Below, in pieces: positions 59,885 through 64,000 of a stretch of DNA of 64,000 bases. Location of the stretch: positions 19,960,587 to 20,024,586 of the forward strand of contig CM120648.1 of assembly GCA_051362555.1 (NCBI GenBank), written 5' to 3'. This DNA is from Lingula anatina. Taxonomy: Eukaryota > Animalia > Brachiopoda. A program made the position numbers and the translations under genes. The number at the start of each line of letters is the position of its first letter. Position 1 is the first letter of the stretch. The notes under the pieces are model-generated. The model was not told the origin of the DNA. It made no database searches and worked only from the letters and a program-made list of their open reading frames with translations.

Positions 59885-61516
59885 CAAACGCACACCGCAA
59901 AAGAATCTCCGCTGCACAAAAACATTGAAAAATGGGAAAAGGAACTACAAGGAGATACAGACTATGATTTAATAATTAATGGTATTCGGGAGGGCTTCCG
60001 AATTGTCGACGATTTGGTCCTGGATCGCATCACGAGAACTGAAGTAGAAAACAGTAGATCCGCCACTTGCGAAGCTTTCAAGCATAAAGTTGAGACTCAA
60101 ATAAAAACAGAAATGGAGGAGGGTCACTATATTGAACCAGAACTCCAGCCTACGATTATTAGTGCAATTTCCGCAGTGCCAAAACCAGACGGCGGCATCC
60201 GTCTTATTCATGATTACAGCAGACCTGAAGGGGCAGCAGTAAACGATTACGCAACAAAACAAACATTTCGATACGAGACTATACGGTCGGCACTGGATAA
60301 GATTAAACCAGGATACTTTCTCAGCAAAGTTGACCTCCACTCAGCTTATAGAACTGTCGCGTTACACCCTTCCCAGTTAACCCTTACTGGGCTTAAATGG
60401 AACTTTGCTGGTTCAACTGAGCCAAGGACGTTAGTGGACACGAGACTCCCATTCGGGGCCCGCAAAAGCCCCGAAATTTTCCACCGGTTAACACAAGCGG
60501 TAAACCGGATGATGGAGAAACGAGGCTTCCACGTCGTAGTTTATTTAGATGACTTTTTGGTTATAGGAGAGACATTTGAACGATGCACGCAGGCTTATAG
60601 CACATTAATCAGTCTTTTAAGACTCCTGGGTTTTCGCATCAACTGGAAAAAAGTCTGTGACCCAACGACTCGCCTAACGTTTCTAGGCATCGTCATAGAT
60701 ACTGTTGAAGGTGTACTCTCTTTAGAGGAACAAAAAGTTCGCGACTTACTCCGCTTGATCCAAACATTTCAAAGCCGCGTGCGCGCCAGCAGACGTCAGC
60801 TTGAATCCCTGGCCGGGAAGTTAGTCTGGGCATCGAACGTCATCCCATGGGGTAGAACACACGTGCGAAATATATTTAACTCCATAGCTTCACTGAAAAG
60901 AGCCAGTCATAAGTGCAAGCTAAACCCATTACGTAAAGACCTCCTTTGGTGGAGCAAGTGGCTCATCACGGGAAACAATACAAAACTAATATGGGACGCG
61001 CGACCGATTCAACAGGTGTATACCGACTCCAGCATCACAGCAGGTGGAGCGTTCTACTGCGAAGATTGGTTTTACACTAACTGGATACAGGACGCTCCTC
61101 ACCAGTTAGGGGGTGAACACATTAATGTTAAGGAATTAGCATCCATCGTCCTGGCTGCGTACAGGTGGTCCCCGCTATGGAAGGCACAACGCGTCATTGT
61201 TTACACTGATAGTGAAGTGGCAATGAACATTTTAAACAAAGGGGCTTCGCCCAACACCGCCTGCAACAACCTTCTTAAGGAATTATCTCTTCTGGCGCTG
61301 AAATATGACTTTTCAATTTATGCGATCCATATAGCCGGGGAAAAAAATAAAATGGCCGATTCCGTGTCACGAATGCATGAGCCAGAACATTGCTCTCTTT
61401 TTCTCGAATTAGTCCATCACTGGTATTTAAGCTTACACAGACAGCCACCAGTGTATTTTCTGCAAGACCATATGACAAATTCCTCTTTTTCTTTTCTTTA
61501 TCCCAGGCTCCGATAG
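59885..61516 (+). CDS. RT / RNase H ORF of the Ngaro/DIRS retrotransposon
   Basis: AVPKPDGGIRLIHDYS, KVDLHSAYR, LPFGARKSP, YLDDF, YTDSS, HINVKEL, YTDS, NKMADSVSR. The frame is open directly from the gag stop. Confidence 0.93.
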   Translation, partial: QTHTAKESPLHKNIEKWEKELQGDTDYDLIINGIREGFRIVDDLVLDRITRTEVENSRSATCEAFKHKVETQIKTEMEEGHYIEPELQPTIISAISAVPKPDGGIRLIHDYSRPEGAAVNDYATKQTFRYETIRSALDKIKPGYFLSKVDLHSAYRTVALHPSQLTLTGLKWNFAGSTEPRTLVDTRLPFGARKSPEIFHRLTQAVNRMMEKRGFHVVVYLDDFLVIGETFERCTQAYSTLISLLRLLGFRINWKKVCDPTTRLTFLGIVIDTVEGVLSLEEQKVRDLLRLIQTFQSRVRASRRQLESLAGKLVWASNVIPWGRTHVRNIFNSIASLKRASHKCKLNPLRKDLLWWSKWLITGNNTKLIWDARPIQQVYTDSSITAGGAFYCEDWFYTNWIQDAPHQLGGEHINVKELASIVLAAYRWSPLWKAQRVIVYTDSEVAMNILNKGASPNTACNNLLKELSLLALKYDFSIYAIHIAGEKNKMADSVSRMHEPEHCSLFLELVHHWYLSLHRQPPVYFLQDHMTNSSFSFLYPRLR

Positions 61517-62456
61517 ACTGAGACAACAACTAGATAATGAAGTTAACTTCTGGAGAGCTCAACTTTTCTCGGCCTCTACTAAATCAACTTATAGATCACA
61601 TCTAAGAGCTTATATCAAGTTCTGTGAGGAAATTAACTGTAAACCGATTCCTATATCCCCCACCAACATCTGCAGATACGCCGCTTACCGGGCACGATCG
61701 TGCGCTTTCTCATCTCTTGTCCGGATCATCCACACGGATTTCGGACTTCCTAACCCTCTGTGTTCGTGGGAACTGAAGACGACCCTGGGTGGTATTAAGA
61801 GACACAAAGGGGATCCGGGCTCCCAGAAAGCACCCATCCTACCACCACAGCTTTTAAGCCTACACTCATTCCTCAACCTGAACGATTTAGAACAAGCACA
61901 GACGTGGGCAGCTTGTCTGATCGCTTTCTTTGGAATGCTCAGAGTTAGCAATATTACGGCCCGGTCTCAGACAGATACCGGCCTATCTATATGTCGCCGC
62001 GACTTGACATTTACAAAACGAGGATGCACCCTAAGAGTAACCAAATCGAAAAACAACCAGTACGGCCAGAGAACCCATATCGTTACACTCCCCTTTCGTC
62101 ACGGCAGCCCTTTATGCCCCACAACAGCGCTGACAAATTTTCTGAAGATGTCCATGGACGTCCCGGAATCTGCGCCGCTCCTTGCCACTTCTTACAACGG
62201 AGAGACCACTCACCTCACATCGGCAGGCTTTCGTCAAAAACTTGCGCGGTCACTTCGAGGGATCGGACTTTCCACCGCGACGTACAATACTCACAGTCTC
62301 CGCAGGGGAGGAGCTACGTGGCTTCTTTCTTTCGGTACTCCTTAAGCGATGGTGAAAGCCATGGGAGACTGGTCTAGTGACGCGGTATTCCAATACATCA
62401 AACCCTCGGCGGATATGAAATACGATGTAATGGTGGGAGCGCTGAAGAAAGTTTGA
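61507..62456 (+). pseudogene. Tyrosine recombinase of the retrotransposon, one premature stop (62343-62345)
   Basis: STKSTYRSHLRAYIKFC, FFGMLRVSN (R), KSKNNQY (K), HSLRRGGA (HxxR), then after TAA comes GDWSSDAVFQY (W, Y). Confidence 0.9.
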
Positions 62457-62744
62457 ACTTGTAGTTAAATTATGAAAAAACTTTAAGTAGTGGACTGGAA
62501 ATTAAAAACCTGTGACTGCCCCCAAAGACGAAGCCCACTGTTATATGTCTGGATGGCAGTTTTTTAAGTGCAATTACGTCTATTTTCATTTTCACTCACC
62601 TACTCATACTCTGGGTTAGGAATTTTGAACAGCTGCAATGGGGAATACCCGCTTTAAGGGTCTGCCGCTAGACGGCGTGGGGGTGAAAGCAGTCCTTCTT
62701 AAATCTCGCAGAATCTCGCTCACGGCTTTACACCAGAGTTTAAC

Positions 62745-63943
62745 ATGGAGCGTGTGCACGCGTCGCTGACAGTGAACCAACTCAAACGCAATTTACTTGA
62801 ATGTGGTGCCATAACATCTGGATGAAAATGTGAATTGACTGAAAGGTATGTGTTTTCTTTTCATTTAGTGCTTGAAAAACAAGAATGCTAACTATTTTCC
62901 TTGAAAAAAATCGAACATTAGTCGAGGTGTGTGTGTCAAATCTGACATGTTATGTACATGTAGACTACTGTAGGTACGAGTAGGCCTACGCTCATATTTT
63001 GTTTTAGTAGCACGAAAGACGAAGATTTTTTATACTTAGTAAATGTACTTATTTTTTTTTTTCTTTATAAGGTTACCCAAAGAAGGCCCATATATTGGGG
63101 GCAAAGCCTGAAACTGTCGATTTCAGGACCCCAGGACAGCCAACTTCAAGAGCAGGATAAAATGATTACTTCAGGAATCTTACCCGTCACTTCACATCAG
63201 CGGCAAAGATTGATGTAGCCACCAGTTATGCCTACCCTAAAGCCGACTTACAGGCGGCTGTGATGGACAACAACTATTGCCAAGTGCCATGAAAACAATA
63301 ATGCATGGATAGAGGGAATGATGTAAGTGAAAACAGAGGTCTAATATTAAGAATCAGGCCCAAATATGAGAAAGAATTATCAAACTAGGTGATGTGTGAC
63401 ATCATAGAAATATAAAATTGTATCTTAACTATTTAATGCTGTAACCATCTACCATGCTTTAATGGGATATGACTATTTCAGGTTGAGGAACAAACAGCGA
63501 AGGACACTGAGCATAGCAAGTTACAACAAGGAAAGAGCGCAATCTGACACAAGGAGAGACAATGGCGGATCACTGCTTCCAGATTTGGAGAGATAATGTC
63601 AGCTACAGAGAAGAAGTATATGAACAAACTGTATGAATAATTGTTGTGTCCAAAACCATTGCAGACACATGACAGTTGGACCCGGACCCGATTTCCCCTT
63701 TTTGGAATGTGTATCTCGTGCACGAATCTGGGCCTAAAGAAAACCCGCGAATACTATACTAAGTTAGAAGGCCAAATGTTCATTACAAATCGCCCATTCT
63801 GCTATTTTGCTGTGTTTACATTCAAAGATCTGTTTGTGGGGTTGATTCATTCTGACGCTGGATATTTTTCTACATGTATTTTGCCCAGGATAACTTTTTT
63901 TAATGAAAAACACTATAGAAAGTATGTGTCAACCAGTTTATAG
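62745..63943 (+). pseudogene. Decayed SAP domain plus YqaJ/lambda-exonuclease-like gene (transposon-associated)
   Basis: LTVNQLKRNLLECGAITSG*KCELTER|gtatgt (SAP, 62745-62845), WRITASRFGE (~63563-63592) and YYTKLEGQMFITNRPFCYFAVFT (YqaJ YYxQxQGQM motif). Confidence 0.7.
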
Positions 63944-64000
63944 AAAGTACCCCTGTATGAGATGGTTTTAGCTGCAATCATAATTTTGAAGTGCAATTTT

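Noticed and set aside
57850-62720. Terminal or split direct repeats of the tyrosine-recombinase retrotransposon
   Set aside because: I could not find convincing repeats by eye, so the element boundaries are left undefined.

Overview
AT-rich, intron- and repeat-rich animal (marine invertebrate-like) genomic DNA, not prokaryotic. The main content is one large + strand gene that I assembled by hand from splice signals and exon phase: about 21 exons from 2834 to 39764, about 2,060 aa. Its predicted order is NHL beta-propeller, Roc GTPase (with a microexon-encoded insert), COR, catalytically intact caspase (SHG / QACQG / SWR), ZU5-UPA, acidic/NLS linker, death-like domain and CARD. All junctions are phase-compatible if one GC-AG intron is accepted. 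This looks like a single-chain Roco-caspase death/innate-immune signalling protein, an architecture I do not recognise. The NHL-to-Roc and caspase-to-ZU5 joins are inferred and need transcript evidence. The remainder is mostly mobile DNA: a full-length L1/Tx1-type LINE with TSD and poly(A), a near-intact Ngaro/DIRS-type tyrosine-recombinase retrotransposon, an older Ngaro relic, Helentron-like elements carrying tandem arrays, CACTA-like, Tc1 foldback, piggyBac and other MITEs, DUF4806 and SAP/YqaJ pseudogene relics, and satellites. All domain calls come from motif reading by eye, not database searches.
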